Source of the DNA: Macrostomum hystrix
Taxonomy: Eukaryota; Animalia; Platyhelminthes
DNA length: 64,000 bases
Direction of reading: 5' to 3'
Assembly (NCBI GenBank): GCA_950097015.1
Contig: CATNEN010000037.1
Location: forward strand, 3,224,001 to 3,288,000
The notes under the pieces were generated by a model, which was given only the letters and a program-made list of their open reading frames with translations, was not told the origin of the DNA and did not search any database. A program made the translations under genes and the position numbers. Shown in pieces: positions 11,273 through 23,900 of the stretch. Position 1 is the first letter of the stretch; each line of letters begins with the position of its first letter.

Positions 11273-12257
11273 AAAACTGGAAAAAAGTATTTAGCTGCGA
11301 AAGAGAAAAAATTATTACAGAATTCGAGGCTGTTTTGCCTGCATTTAAAGAAATGAAACTGAAATATTATATAATTAAACGGATCGGATTACTTACTTAC
11401 AAGCTACTGGAAGTAGTGTTGATCGCTACTCATCGAAGTTGTCTGCGTTGTGGTAGTATTTTTTATTATGCATTGCTTTTTAAGTTCCGTCCGACATGCT
11501 AAATATGCATATAATCCAGGTCCATTCATATATTTTGCGCGCTGTAACTTTTAATTCCATAGCTTCAAAACTATAACCACTGCTACGGAAGCATGTTATT
11601 TTGCATTGACGATTTACGATCATTAGACTAAAAGCTAGAATAAATATTTTTAATTAGCTAGTACTCGTATTGTAGTAGAGACGAGAACTTACGATCGTAT
11701 ATCACCCAAAGACTGATTTATCTTGTATATACAGTATTGTAGTACAGGCAACATCTCAAACTCTGATTGGTCACGGAGTGTTTGACTCGATGCTATTTTT
11801 AGAAACGCCTCTATCCCATCCAGCTCAGGCACGTGACTGCAACATCAGCCAATCATAGTTTGCCTAATCTTCTTATTTTAGTAGTTCTTAATGTTACCCA
11901 AAACTAATTCTATCAGTATTCGCACGGCAAGTAAAAAATATATGATAATGTGCTGACTACGAGAGTTTTCGCAAATTAGCATGAATATAAAGTACAATGT
12001 CCATGGAAATATTTCCATGGCTACGCTCGTATGATCTTCAGTAAAATCGACATGGCGTCTTTAGTATTAGCTATAAGACAGACCGGCGTAATGTCCGTAA
12101 GTAAAAAAATATGTCAAAGTTGACTTTGAGCCAGACAAGTTTAAATATGAAATTGTTTAAAAAGTCTAACACTTGAGTATCAAGAACTTTTAGCCTACTA
12201 TTGTTAGATTAACGTCAGACAAATGTAAGGGATTGTGTCACAGAACTTTGTCCGACT

Positions 12258-15200
12258 AGTGTCAGACTCATTGCAGTAGAATAGTGTCAGACTCATTGCA
12301 GTAGAATAGTGTCAAACTCATTGCAGTAGAATAGTGTCAAACTCATTGCAGTAGAATAGTGTCAGACTCGTTGCAGTAGAATAGTGTCAGATTCATTGCA
12401 GTAGAATAGTGTCAGACTCATTGCAGTAGAATAGTGTCAGACTCGTTGCAGTAGAATAGTGTCAGACTCATTGCAGTAGAATAGTGTCAGACTCATTGCA
12501 GTAGAATAGTGTCAGACTCATTGCAGTAGAATAGTGTCAGACTCATTGCAGTAGAATAGTGTCAGACTCGTTGCAGTAGAACAGTAGAATAGTGTCAGAC
12601 TCATTGCAGTAGAATAGTGTCAGACTCATTGCAGTAGAATAGTGTCAGATTCATTGCAGTAGAATAGTGTCAGACTCATTGCAGTAGAATAGTGTCAGAC
12701 TCATTGCAGTAGAATAGTGTCAGATTCATTGCAGTAGAATAGTGTCAGATTCATTGCAGTAGAATAGTGTCAGACTCATTGCAGTAGAATAGTGTCAGAT
12801 TCATTGCAGTAGAATAGTGTCAGACGCATTGCAGTAGAATAGTGTCAGACTCATTGCAGTAGAATAGTGTCAAACTCATTGCAGTAGAATAGTGTCAGAC
12901 TCATTGCAGTAGAATAGTGTCAGACTCGTTGCAGTAGAACAGTAGAATAGTGTCAGACTCATTGCAGTAGAATAGTGTCAGATTCATTGCAGTAGAATAG
13001 TGTCAGATTCATTGCAGTAGAATAGTGTCAGACTCATTGCAGTAGAATAGTGTCGGATTCATTGCAGTAGAATAGTGTCAGATTCATTGCAGTAGAATAG
13101 TGTCAGATTCATTGCAGTAGAATAGTGTCAGATTCATTGCAGTAGAATAGTGTCAGACTCATTGCAGTAGAATAGTGTCAGATTCATTGCAGTAGAATAG
13201 TGTCAGACTCGTTGCAGTAGAACAGTAGAATAGTGTCAGACTCATTGCAGTAGAATAGTGTCAGATTCATTGCAGTAGAATAGTGTCAGACTCATTGCAG
13301 TAGAATAGTGTCAGACTCATTGCAGTAGAATAGTGTCAGACGCATTGCAGTAGAATAGTGTCAGACTCATTGCAGTAGAATAGTGTCAGACTCGTTGCAG
13401 TAGAACAGTAGAATAGTGTCAGACTCATTGCAGTAGAATAGTGTCAGATTCATTGCAGTAGAATAGTGTCAGACTCATTGCAGTAGAATAGTGTCAGATT
13501 CATTGCAGTAGAATAGTGTCAGATTCATTGCAGTAGAATAGTGTCTGACTCATTGCAGTAGAATAGTGTCAGACTCATTGCAGTAGAATAGTGTCAGATT
13601 CATTGCAGTAGAATAGTGTCAGATTCATTGCAGTAGAATAGTGTCAGACTCATTGCAGTAGAATAGTGTCAGATTCATTGCAGTAGAATAGTGTCAGACG
13701 CATTGCAGTAGAATAGTGTCAGACTCATTGCAGTAGAATAGTGTCAAACTCATTGCAGTAGAATAGTGTCAGACTCATTGCAGTAGAATAGTGTCAGACT
13801 CGTTGCAGTAGAACAGTAGAATAGTGTCAGACTCATTGCAGTAGAATAGTGTCAGATTCATTGCAGTAGAATAGTGTCAGATTCATTGCAGTAGAATAGT
13901 GTCAGACTCATTGCAGTAGAATAGTGTCGGATTCATTGCAGTAGAATAGTGTCAGATTCATTGCAGTAGAATAGTGTCAGATTCATTGCAGTAGAATAGT
14001 GTCAGATTCATTGCAGTAGAATAGTGTCAGACTCATTGCAGTAGAATAGTGTCAAACTCATTGCAGTAGAATAGTGTCAGACTCGTTGCAGTAGAACAGT
14101 AGAATTGTGTCAGACTCATTGCAGTAGAATAGTGTCAGATTCATTGCAGTAGAATAGTGTCAGATTCATTGCAGTAGAATAGTGTCAGACTCATTGCAGT
14201 AGAATAGTGTCGGATTCATTGCAGTAGAATAGTGTCAGATTCATTGCAGTAGAATAGTGTCAGATTCATTGCAGTAGAATAGTGTCAGATTCATTGCAGT
14301 AGAATAGTGTCAGACTCATTGCAGTAGAATAGTGTCAGACTCATTGCAGTAGAATAGTGTCAGACGCATTGCAGTAGAATAGTGTCAGACTCATTGCAGT
14401 AGAATAGTGTCAGATTCATTGCAGTAGAATAGTGTCAGACTCATTGCAGTAGAATAGTGTCAGATTCATTGCAGTAGAATAGTGTCAGATTCATTGCAGT
14501 AGAATAGTGTCAGATTCATTGCAGTAGAATAGTGTCAGACTCATTGCAGTAGAATAGTGTCAGATTCATTGCAGTAGAATAGTGTCAGATTCATTGCAGT
14601 AGAATAGTGTCAGACTCATTGCAGTAGAATAGTGTCAGATTCATTGCAGTAGAATAGTGTCAGACGCATTGCAGTAGAATAGTGTCAGACTCATTGCAGT
14701 AGAATAGTGTCAAACTCATTGCAGTAGAATAGTGTCAGACTCATTGCAGTAGAATAGTGTCAGACTCGTTGCAGTAGAACAGTAGAATAGTGTCAGACTC
14801 ATTGCAGTAGAATAGTGTCAGATTCATTGCAGTAGAATAGTGTCAGATTCATTGCAGTAGAATAGTGTCAGACTCATTGCAGTAGAATAGTGTCGGATTC
14901 ATTGCAGTAGAATAGTGTCAGATTCATTGCAGTAGAATAGTGTCAGATTCATTGCAGTAGAATAGTGTCAGACTCATTGCAGTAGAATAGTGTCAAACTC
15001 ATTGCAGTAGAATAGTGTCAGACTCGTTGCAGTAGAACAGTAGAATTGTGTCAGACTCATTGCAGTAGAATAGTGTCAGATTCATTGCAGTAGAATAGTG
15101 TCAGACTCATTGCAGTAGAATAGTGTCAGACGCATTGCAGTAGAATAGTGTCAGACTCATTGCAGTAGAATAGTGTCAGACTCGTTGCAGTAGAACAGTA

Positions 15201-15720
15201 GAATAGTGTCAGACTCATTGCAGTAGAATAGTGTCAGACTCATTGCAGTAGAATAGTGTCAGACTCGTTGCAGTAGAACAGTAGAATAGTGTCAGACTCG
15301 TTGCAGTAGAACAGTAGAATAGTGTCAGACTCATTGCAGTAGAATAGTGTCAGATTCATTGCAGTAGAATAGTGTCAGACTCATTGCAGTAGAATAGTGT
15401 CAAACTCATTGCAGTAGAATAGTGTCGGATTCATTGCAGTAGAATAGTGTCAGATTCATTGCAGTAGACTAGTGTCAGATTCATTGCAGTAGAATAGTGT
15501 CGGATTCATTGCAGTAGAATAGTGTCAGATTCATTGCAGTAGAATAGTGTCAGATTCATTGCAGTCGAATAGTGTCAGACTCATTGCAGTAGAATAGTGT
15601 CAGACTCATTGCAGTAGAATAGTGTCAGACTCATTGCAGTAGAATAGTGTCAGACTCATTGCAGTAGAAAAGTAGAATAGTGTCAGACTCATTGCAGTAG
15701 AAAAGTAGAATAGTGTCAGA
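12258..15720. repeat. 25-bp minisatellite (AGTGTCAGA[C/T]TCATTGCAGTAGAAT)n, ~138 units
   Basis: Read directly; recurrent variant units, including a 33-bp unit with an extra CAGTAGAA. Confidence 0.98.
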
Positions 15721-16353
15721 AAAGTATAATGGACCCTGACTTTAACTATGGAATATAACTTTTTCAGTCCCAATCTGGATAAAAATTATTTTTGAGTATT
15801 ATTTTAATCGGACTGTGTGACATCAGAGCTTAAATGGTTGAGAATTTCTGACACGTTAATTAGTCTGTCAAACGGAATACAATAAACTAGATAATTTATC
15901 GTCTGTCGTCACAGATTATCATTACAATTTCAGTCTACGTTTAAATAAGACAGCTTTCTGTGCTACAGAAATAGAAAAGAAAGAATGTTAGTAAATATTG
16001 TAGAAGCTAATTTAGAATGAAAGCACACTAGGACCACCTTGTTAGCTCATGAGATCGAAGGTGGGGGTTGCTGCAACACAGCGAGGCGTCAAGCGGTTGG
16101 TGTTGAGTGACAGGGGCTCAGGTTCTGAAAATGTTGCTCACCAACCTCTGGCTTACAATGAGAATGCCGGGAGCGAATTAATGTCAATCAAATCAATGAT
16201 GACGATTTCTCTAAGATTGATGGCTCAAACATTCAATATCATTTTTGTTTTGTCCCTTGAACTCTATAAAAGTGACCAGAATTCCAAAACGAATACAATA
16301 TCTGGTTGTCACATTTGGATACGATTCACATTTTCTGTCGTCTTTTCTCGAAG

Positions 16354-17893
16354 GTAAGTTAACTTCTCACAGCATTACATGATTTATTTGAACCCAGCTA
16401 TTTGTATGTCTCAGGCATTCAATGCTCGATGATATATTTTTTTTATGTAAAGCCAAACTTTTTTTTCGATGCTAGTAGCTGTTAAAATTTGGTAGATTGT
16501 GTCGATGTTGATAGATTGTGTCGACTTTAGTAGATTGTGTCGACGTTGGTAGATTTTTTCGAAGGTGGTAGCTTGCGAAGTTGGTAGATTGTGTCGACGT
16601 TGGTAGATTGTGTCGACGTTGGTAGATTGTGTCGAAGTTGGTAAATTGTGTCGAATTTGGTAGATGTATCAAAGTTTTTAGATAGTGTCGACGTTGGTAA
16701 ATTGTGTCGAAGTTTTTAGATAGTGTCGACGTTGGTAAATTGTGTCGAAGTTTTTAGATAGTGTCGACGATGGTATATTGTGTCGACGTTGGTAGATTGT
16801 GTCGAAGTTGTTAGTTTGTGTCGACGTTGGTAGATTGTGTCGAAGTTGGTAGTTGTGTCGACGTTGGTAGTTTGTGTCGACGTTGGTAGATTGTGTCGAC
16901 GTTGGTAGTTTGTGTCGACGTTGGTAGATTGTGTCGAAGTTGGTAGTTTGTGTCGACGTTGGTAGATTGTGTCGAAGTTGGTAGTTTGTGTCGACGTTGG
17001 TAGATTGTGTCGAAGTTGTTAGTTTGTGTCGACGTTGGTAGATTGTGTCGAAGTTGGTAGTTTGTGTCGACGTTGGTAGTTTGTGTTGAAGTGTTTAGAT
17101 AGTGTCGACGTTGGTAGTTTGTGTCGACGTTGGTAGATTGTGTCGACGTTGGTAGTTTGTGTCGACGTTGGTAGATTGTGTCGAAGTTGGTAGTTTGTGT
17201 CGACGTTGGTAGATTGTGTCGAAGTTGGTAGTTTGTGTCGACGTTGGTAGATTGTGTCGACGTTGATAGATTGTGTCGACGTTGGTAGATTGTGTCGACG
17301 TTGATAGATTGTGTCGACGTTGGTAGATTGTGTCGACGTTGATAGATTGTGTCGACGTTGGTAGATTGTGTCGACGTTGGTAGATTGTGTCGACTTTGGT
17401 AGATTGTCTCGAAGTTGGTAGCTGCATATAACTTCGACATCATTTGCAATGCAGTATTTTCTGATTTTGGGCTTCAGTTTGCACAGCAGCTTCTTGTACT
17501 GTCCAGATTTTAACCGGAGCAAGTTATTCAAGCATTAGAGGCTCACAGAGCGGTGAATCTAACATGCTAATTAAAGTTAAGGCCGAGCCTGGCTTTGAAT
17601 CCCGAAATCGACCTCGCTCGAAGGATTCCTCCCAATTTTATCAATCTTTCGGAGGTGACGGCGAGGCGGGGCGAAATGGAAATCGGGATTTTTGGAATGG
17701 TTCTCAATTTCCTAGAAATCAGCTCTCTGTGACAGCAATTTGGTGACTTGCTAGTCAAGTACCGCCTGCGATTGACAGATAAAACTCGATAACCAAAAAG
17801 GCAGACGAAAAGAAATGAGGATAAATTAGATCCCGACTAATAAAAACTTCCTCAGTTGAGAATCCTTCACCCGACTGTCTCTTCTCTACGCAG
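16354..17893 (+). other. Probable 5'-UTR intron of the decarboxylase gene
   Basis: Consensus donor AAG|GTAAGT at 16354 and acceptor TCTCTTCTCTACGCAG ending at 17893, 21 nt before the ATG at 17915. The pairing is inferred. Confidence 0.45.
16490..17421. repeat. 19-bp minisatellite (GTTGGTAGATTGTGTCGA[C/A])n, ~49 units
   Basis: Read directly; explains the minus-strand ORFs 16472-17531. Confidence 0.96.
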
Positions 17894-17914
17894 GACTCAA
17901 ATCAAAGGCTTTCA

Positions 17915-20900
17915 ATGGATGTTGAAGAGTTTCGCAAGCACGGCAAGGAGATGGTGGACTACATCTGCGACTACATGCGCAGTTTGCAGGAGCGTCCGGT
18001 CATCCCGGATGTTCAGCCGGGCTATCTGCGGATGTCCCTGCCCGCCGCTCCGCCTGAGCAGCCTGAGGCTTGGGAGAACATCATGAAGGACGTGGAGGAC
18101 CATGTCATGCGCGGGGTGAGCAACTGTCTTTCCTGGGCGAGGTCTTACCGGCGTCTGTGGGTTCCATACTCACTGGAGTCTGTGGGTTCCATACTCACTG
18201 GAGTCTGTGGGTTCCATTTTCACTGGTGTCTGTGGCTTCCATACTCACTGGAGTCTGTGGGTTCCATACTCACTGGAGTCTATGGATTCCATACTCACTA
18301 GAGTCTGTGGCTTCCATACTCACTGGTGTCTGTGGGTTCCATACTCACTGGTGTCTGTGGGTTCCATACTCACTGGTGTCTGTGGGTTCCATACTCACTG
18401 GAGTCTGTGGGTTCCATACTCACTTGAGTCTATGGATTCCATACTCACTGGAGTCTGTGGGTTCCATACTCACTGGAGTCTATGGATTCCATACTCACTG
18501 GAGTCTGTGGGTTCCATACTCACTGGAGTCTATGGATTCCATACTCACTGGAGTCTGTGGGTTCCATACTCACTGGAGTCTGTGGGTTCCATACTCACTG
18601 GTGTCTGTGGGTTCCATACTCACTGGAGTCTGTGGCTTCCATACTCGCTGGTGTCTGTGGGTTCCATTCTTACTGGAGTCTGTGGCTTCCATACTCACTG
18701 GAGTCTGTGGGTTCCATACTCACTGGAGTCTGTGGGTTCCATAGGCTGAATTTCCACTCCCTTCACTCCACTCCAGGTGACGCACTGGCAGCACCCACGG
18801 TTCCACGCCTACTTCCCGGCCGGCAACGCCTACCCGTCAATCATGGGCGGCATGCTAGGCGACGCGCTCGGTATCGTCGGCTTCTCCTGGGCCGCGTCGC
18901 CGGCCTGCGCTGAGCTGGAGATGCTGGTACTGGACTGGCTGGCCAAGATGACACACATGCCGCAGCATTTTCAACACGAGAGCGGCTTGGGCGGCGGTGT
19001 GATGCAGGTGCGTTGGTTAGAAAAAGTCATAGTCCAGTGAGTTAGAACTTTTGGTTGCTAACCCTGAGGTCATGAGTTCGAATCCTAGGGTTTAAAAAAT
19101 TAGATCGATGAAAGCTATGCTCTTCCTGCACATGGATGGACTGAACAGAATCGAGCCCCCGACCTTTAAGTCGTGGGTCCGACGCTTCAACCAGTAGGCT
19201 ACAACCCCTCTTACGTGGATAAGTTAGGTACTCAAGTACTAACTACACTTGTTAAGTAGTGTAGTTAGAAAATTACCTCTAAAATTTGCATTAGGGCTAG
19301 AAAAAAAGTTGTTAAATTTAAAATGACCGCAGGGCTCGGCGAGCGACTCAATCCTTGTGACGATGCTGGCCGCCCGCCGAGACAAGCTCAACCAGATCAA
19401 GCGCGAGCACGCCAGCGATGGCGGTGACTTCGAGGAGGGCAAATTTCTCTCCCGCCTCGTGGCCTACTGCTCCAAGCTGGCGCACAGCTGCGTTGAGAAG
19501 GCTGGCATGATCTCCTGCATCCAGGTGCACCAGTTGGATTACCACCCTGACGACCTGGCGCTGCAGGGCCGCACACTGCAGCTTGCTATTGAGGAGGACC
19601 GACGAAACGGACTCATTCCGTTCTTCGTGAGCTAATCTGGGATGACGAAATAACGTTGGGAAAAAAAAACCCAGTAAAGAAATGATAATCCCCATCGATT
19701 GAATTAGTGCCTATTTCCTCTTTTGATAAGTCATCCTGATTGATGGGATCATAATCCTGATTGATGGGATCATAATACTGATTGATAGTATCATAATCCT
19801 GATTCATGGGATCATAATCCTGATTGATGGTATCATAATCCTGATTGATGTGGTTCTGGTCCTAATTGTTTGGATCATTATCTTATTGATGGGATCATAA
19901 TCCTGATTGATGGGATCATAATCCTGATTGATGGGATCATAATCCTGATTGATGGGATCATAATCCTGATTGATGGGATCATAATCCTGATTGATGGGAT
20001 CATAATCCTGATTGATGGGATCATAATCCTGATTGATGGGATCATAATCCTGATTGATGGGATCATAATCCTGATTGATGGTATCATAATCCTGATTGAT
20101 GTGGTTCTGGTCCTAATTGTTTGGATCATTATCTTATTGATGAAATCATAATCTTAAATTTGGAATCATATTTTCAAATGGGATCATAAATAATTTATAA
20201 AAAAGTAATTAAGCTATTTTTCATCAACAATTGATATCATTGCCTCAGGTAATCTAAGGTATATTTTTCAGGTTAGACAGTAATGTCAACATGTAAATGA
20301 AATATCTAAAGCAATGAAAGTTTATTTCAACCAGGTGTGCGCTGTGCTGGGCACCACAGCCTGTGCTTCCTGCGACGATCTTGAGAGCATCACGCAGGTG
20401 TGCCAGCGCGAGGGCCTCTGGTGCCACGTTGACGCAGCCTACGCCGGCAGCGCCTTCATCTGCGAGGAGCTGACCTACTTTCTCAGGGGCGTCGAGGTCA
20501 GCGAGCTGGGAGTTTTTGACTGGGCTTTTTTAAAAATCCCATAGTGGAAAAAATTACATTTTTCCGTCACAAAGTTCCGAAATAATGAGATTTTGATCGC
20601 TAGAAATTAACTATGACAAAGTTGGATAGTTTGCCTGATCTTATTTTTTTCTTAAGATTAGTTTTTTTTTAAATAAATTCAAGACGGCGCGTCTGTTTTT
20701 AGAACTGGATTTTCTTTGAAGTATTATTAACAGTCATGCTTATATTTTATAACGGGATTTTCTCCGATGCTATTTTTAGAATAGGGTTTTCTTTAAGCCT
20801 GAGTAATAGTCGCGGTTCTATTTTTAGAACAGGATTTTCTCAGAAGCATTATTAATATTCACGGTACTATTTTTAGAACGGGAATTTCTTTTAGCATGAG

Positions 20901-23900
20901 TAATAGTCGCGGTTCTATTTTTAGAACAGGTTATTCTCTGAAGCATTATTAATATTCACGGTTCTATATTTAGAACGGGGTTTTCCTTTAGCATTAGTAA
21001 TAGTCACGGTTCTATTTTTAGCATTGGACTTACTCAGAAGTTTTAGTGACAGCTTACTGTTCCATTTTGACCTCAGGATTTTCCCTGAGGTGAAAATCCT
21101 AAAGCCCATTTTTAAAGCTCAACCTGCAATTTGAGTAGTCGCCAAGATTTTATCCATAAAAAGCTACAATTTCAGAACGTGGACTCATACAATTTCAATC
21201 CGAACAAATGGATGCTAGTCAACTTTGACTGTAGTGTTCTTTGGTAAGGTCAAAACGTGCTGCTGTTTATTTGATAATTTAGCCAAATGGAAATGGTTAT
21301 TTTATTTTCTTTTAGGGTTCGAGACAAGGAGAAGCTCACGAGCTCAATGATTGTAGACCCGGTTTACCTGCAGCACAAACACTCCAGTGAGAAACCTCGT
21401 CTTAAACCTCGACCATAACATAATTTAGTGATTAATTTTATTATTATCACTAAGATCCCAATGACACAAAAAGTTCTATTTTCCTAGGCAACGTTGTCGA
21501 CTTCCGTCACTGGGGCATTCCGCTGAGTCGCCGATTTCGGTCGCTGAAAGTCTGGTTCGTCATTCGCTCCTACGGTGTGGAAGGTCTGCGGCGGTACATC
21601 CGTAATGTAATTCACAATATGAGCAACTTTGTGACGCTTAATTATTTCTTTTCTTTTTGTTTTACTGACGCCATATTTATGACAGTGGTCTTAAAAAAAC
21701 AGCTGTGGTTGTTGTAACATGGTATGTGTTTTCAGATTGGTCATAGTTGTCACAGAAGGTGTGATTTTATTGGTCATGGTAGGTGGTATTGGATTGGTCA
21801 TAGTAGGTGGTATTGGATTGGTCATGGTAGGTGGTATTGGATTGGTCATAGTAGGTGGTATTGGATTGGTCATAGTAGGTGGTATTGTATTGGTCATGGT
21901 AGGTGGTATTGTATTGGTCATGGTAGGTGGTATTGGATTGGTCATAGTAGGTGGTATTGGATTGTTCATAGTAGGTGGTATTGGATTGGTCATAGTAGGT
22001 GGTATTGGATTGGTCATGGTAGGTGTTTCTTGTATTGGTCATAGTATGCGTTATTAGATTGGTCATAGTTATTAGATTGGTCATAGTATGTGTGTTTATA
22101 TTTGTCATTAAATGTGTTAATAGATTAGTCATTATACTCGTAGGTGCAATTTGATTGGTCATAATTGGTGTAATTGAATTCGTTAAATTTGTTATTGGAG
22201 ATATCACACTTTGATTATATTTATTTATTTTTCCTAGCATCTTTTAAAATTGCAACTGTACTTTAACTTCACCCCCTGACCCGCAGCATTGCAAGTTGGC
22301 CAAGCTGTTTGAATCGCAGGTAAAGCGTGACAACCGGTTCGAACTGGTTGGCCAGGTGCACTTTGGCCTTGTGTGCTTCCGCTGGAAGGTGAGATTGTGC
22401 TTCTGCTCGTAGATTGAGGCTCTCTCCATCCTCGTAGATTGAGGCTCTCTCATCGTATATTAGGCTCTCTCATTGTATATTAGGCTCTCTCCTGATCGAT
22501 TGAGGCTCTCTCCTCGTCGATTGAGGCTCTCTCCTCGTCGATTGAGGCTCTCTCCTCGTAAAATTGAGGCTCTCTTTGTATATGAGGCTTTCTCCTCGTC
22601 GATTGAGGCTCTCTCCTCGTAAACTGAGGCTCTCTTTGTATATGAGGCTCTCTCCTCGTCGATTGAGGCTCTCTCCTCGTAAATTGAGGCTCTCTTTGTA
22701 TATGAGGCTTTCTCCTCGTAGATTGAGGCTCTCTTTGTATATGAGGCTCTCTCCTCGTAGATTGAGGCTCTCTTTGTATATGAGGCTTTCTCCCCGTCGA
22801 TTGAGGCTCTCCTCGTCGATTGAGGCTCTCTCCTCGTCGATTGAGGCTCTCTCCTTGTATACGAGGCTCGTGGAAAGTCCACGGGAATATTTCAAATATC
22901 CACTGCCTACTTCACGACAGCTCCCAAACCGAATGACCGCTATTCGTGAAAGTCCACCATATAGATAAAAATTCTCTGCCCTTTACGATGAACTATCTTT
23001 CAAAGCCATCCAAGTCAGCATGGTCGAGATATTCAACGATTATTGTCGAAGACCCTGGTAACAAGAGCAAGTAACGTTGCTCTTTATAATTCCCTATGGC
23101 TAATCCTTATTGGTTCAAATATGAAAAAAATGTAATTTTTCCATCCAAAATAGTCATCAATAATACCCGACATGGTTAGATGATGAAATTTTGCTTATAT
23201 ATTTGTGGTTCTTGCCACCAGACATTTTAACGAGAATCGTTGAATATCTCGACGATGACGATGTTTTGTGATTCTGGAGTTGTTTCATCGGATAAAGCGG
23301 AGAATTCTGATTTCCATGGCGATTGGTTGAGTATTTTGAAAGACAGAGAAAAAAGTTGGTATTTGAATATCCCCCGTGGTAATTTTTACTGTTAAGTGAT
23401 CCAGCATCCGGCACTTTCAAAAACGTCTTCCCCGACAATCCGCCAGGACTCGAACGCCCTGACGCAGTACCTGATCCGTCAGATCAACGACAGCGGCAAG
23501 TTGCACATGATACCAGCCACGGTGAAGGGCCAGTACATTATCCGATTCGCTTTGTGCTCTGAGCACGCCAAGGAAGAGGACATTTTCTACGCTTGGAACG
23601 TTATTAAGACTCACGCGGACGAAATCTCAACAACCATCAAGACTTTGAACATGTGGACCCGGCAGGCTTTCAGGAACTCCATCACCAAGGAAGTCGACAT
23701 TGATCAGGAAGAGGACGGCGGCGAGTTCAACGAAGGCGCTGATGCCGGAGTCGGCGGAGTCGCTGTCGCTGGAGTCCAGGTCCTGGGGCAGGGGCGATTG
23801 CGCAACTCCAAGTCACTGAACCAGGTGAAAAGCCTGGCTAATACAAGCTAACATTCACTTCTCTGAACATATGTATCAGCTCCTATTCATATGTAGTAGG

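Noticed and set aside
3600-17900. TMEM216 next to TMEM138, as in the human gene pair
   Set aside because: No TMEM216-like exons were recognised on either side within the window.
16472-22968. Repeat-peptide ORFs ([39 protein letters not shown])
   Set aside because: All coincide with minisatellites in or just upstream of the decarboxylase gene.
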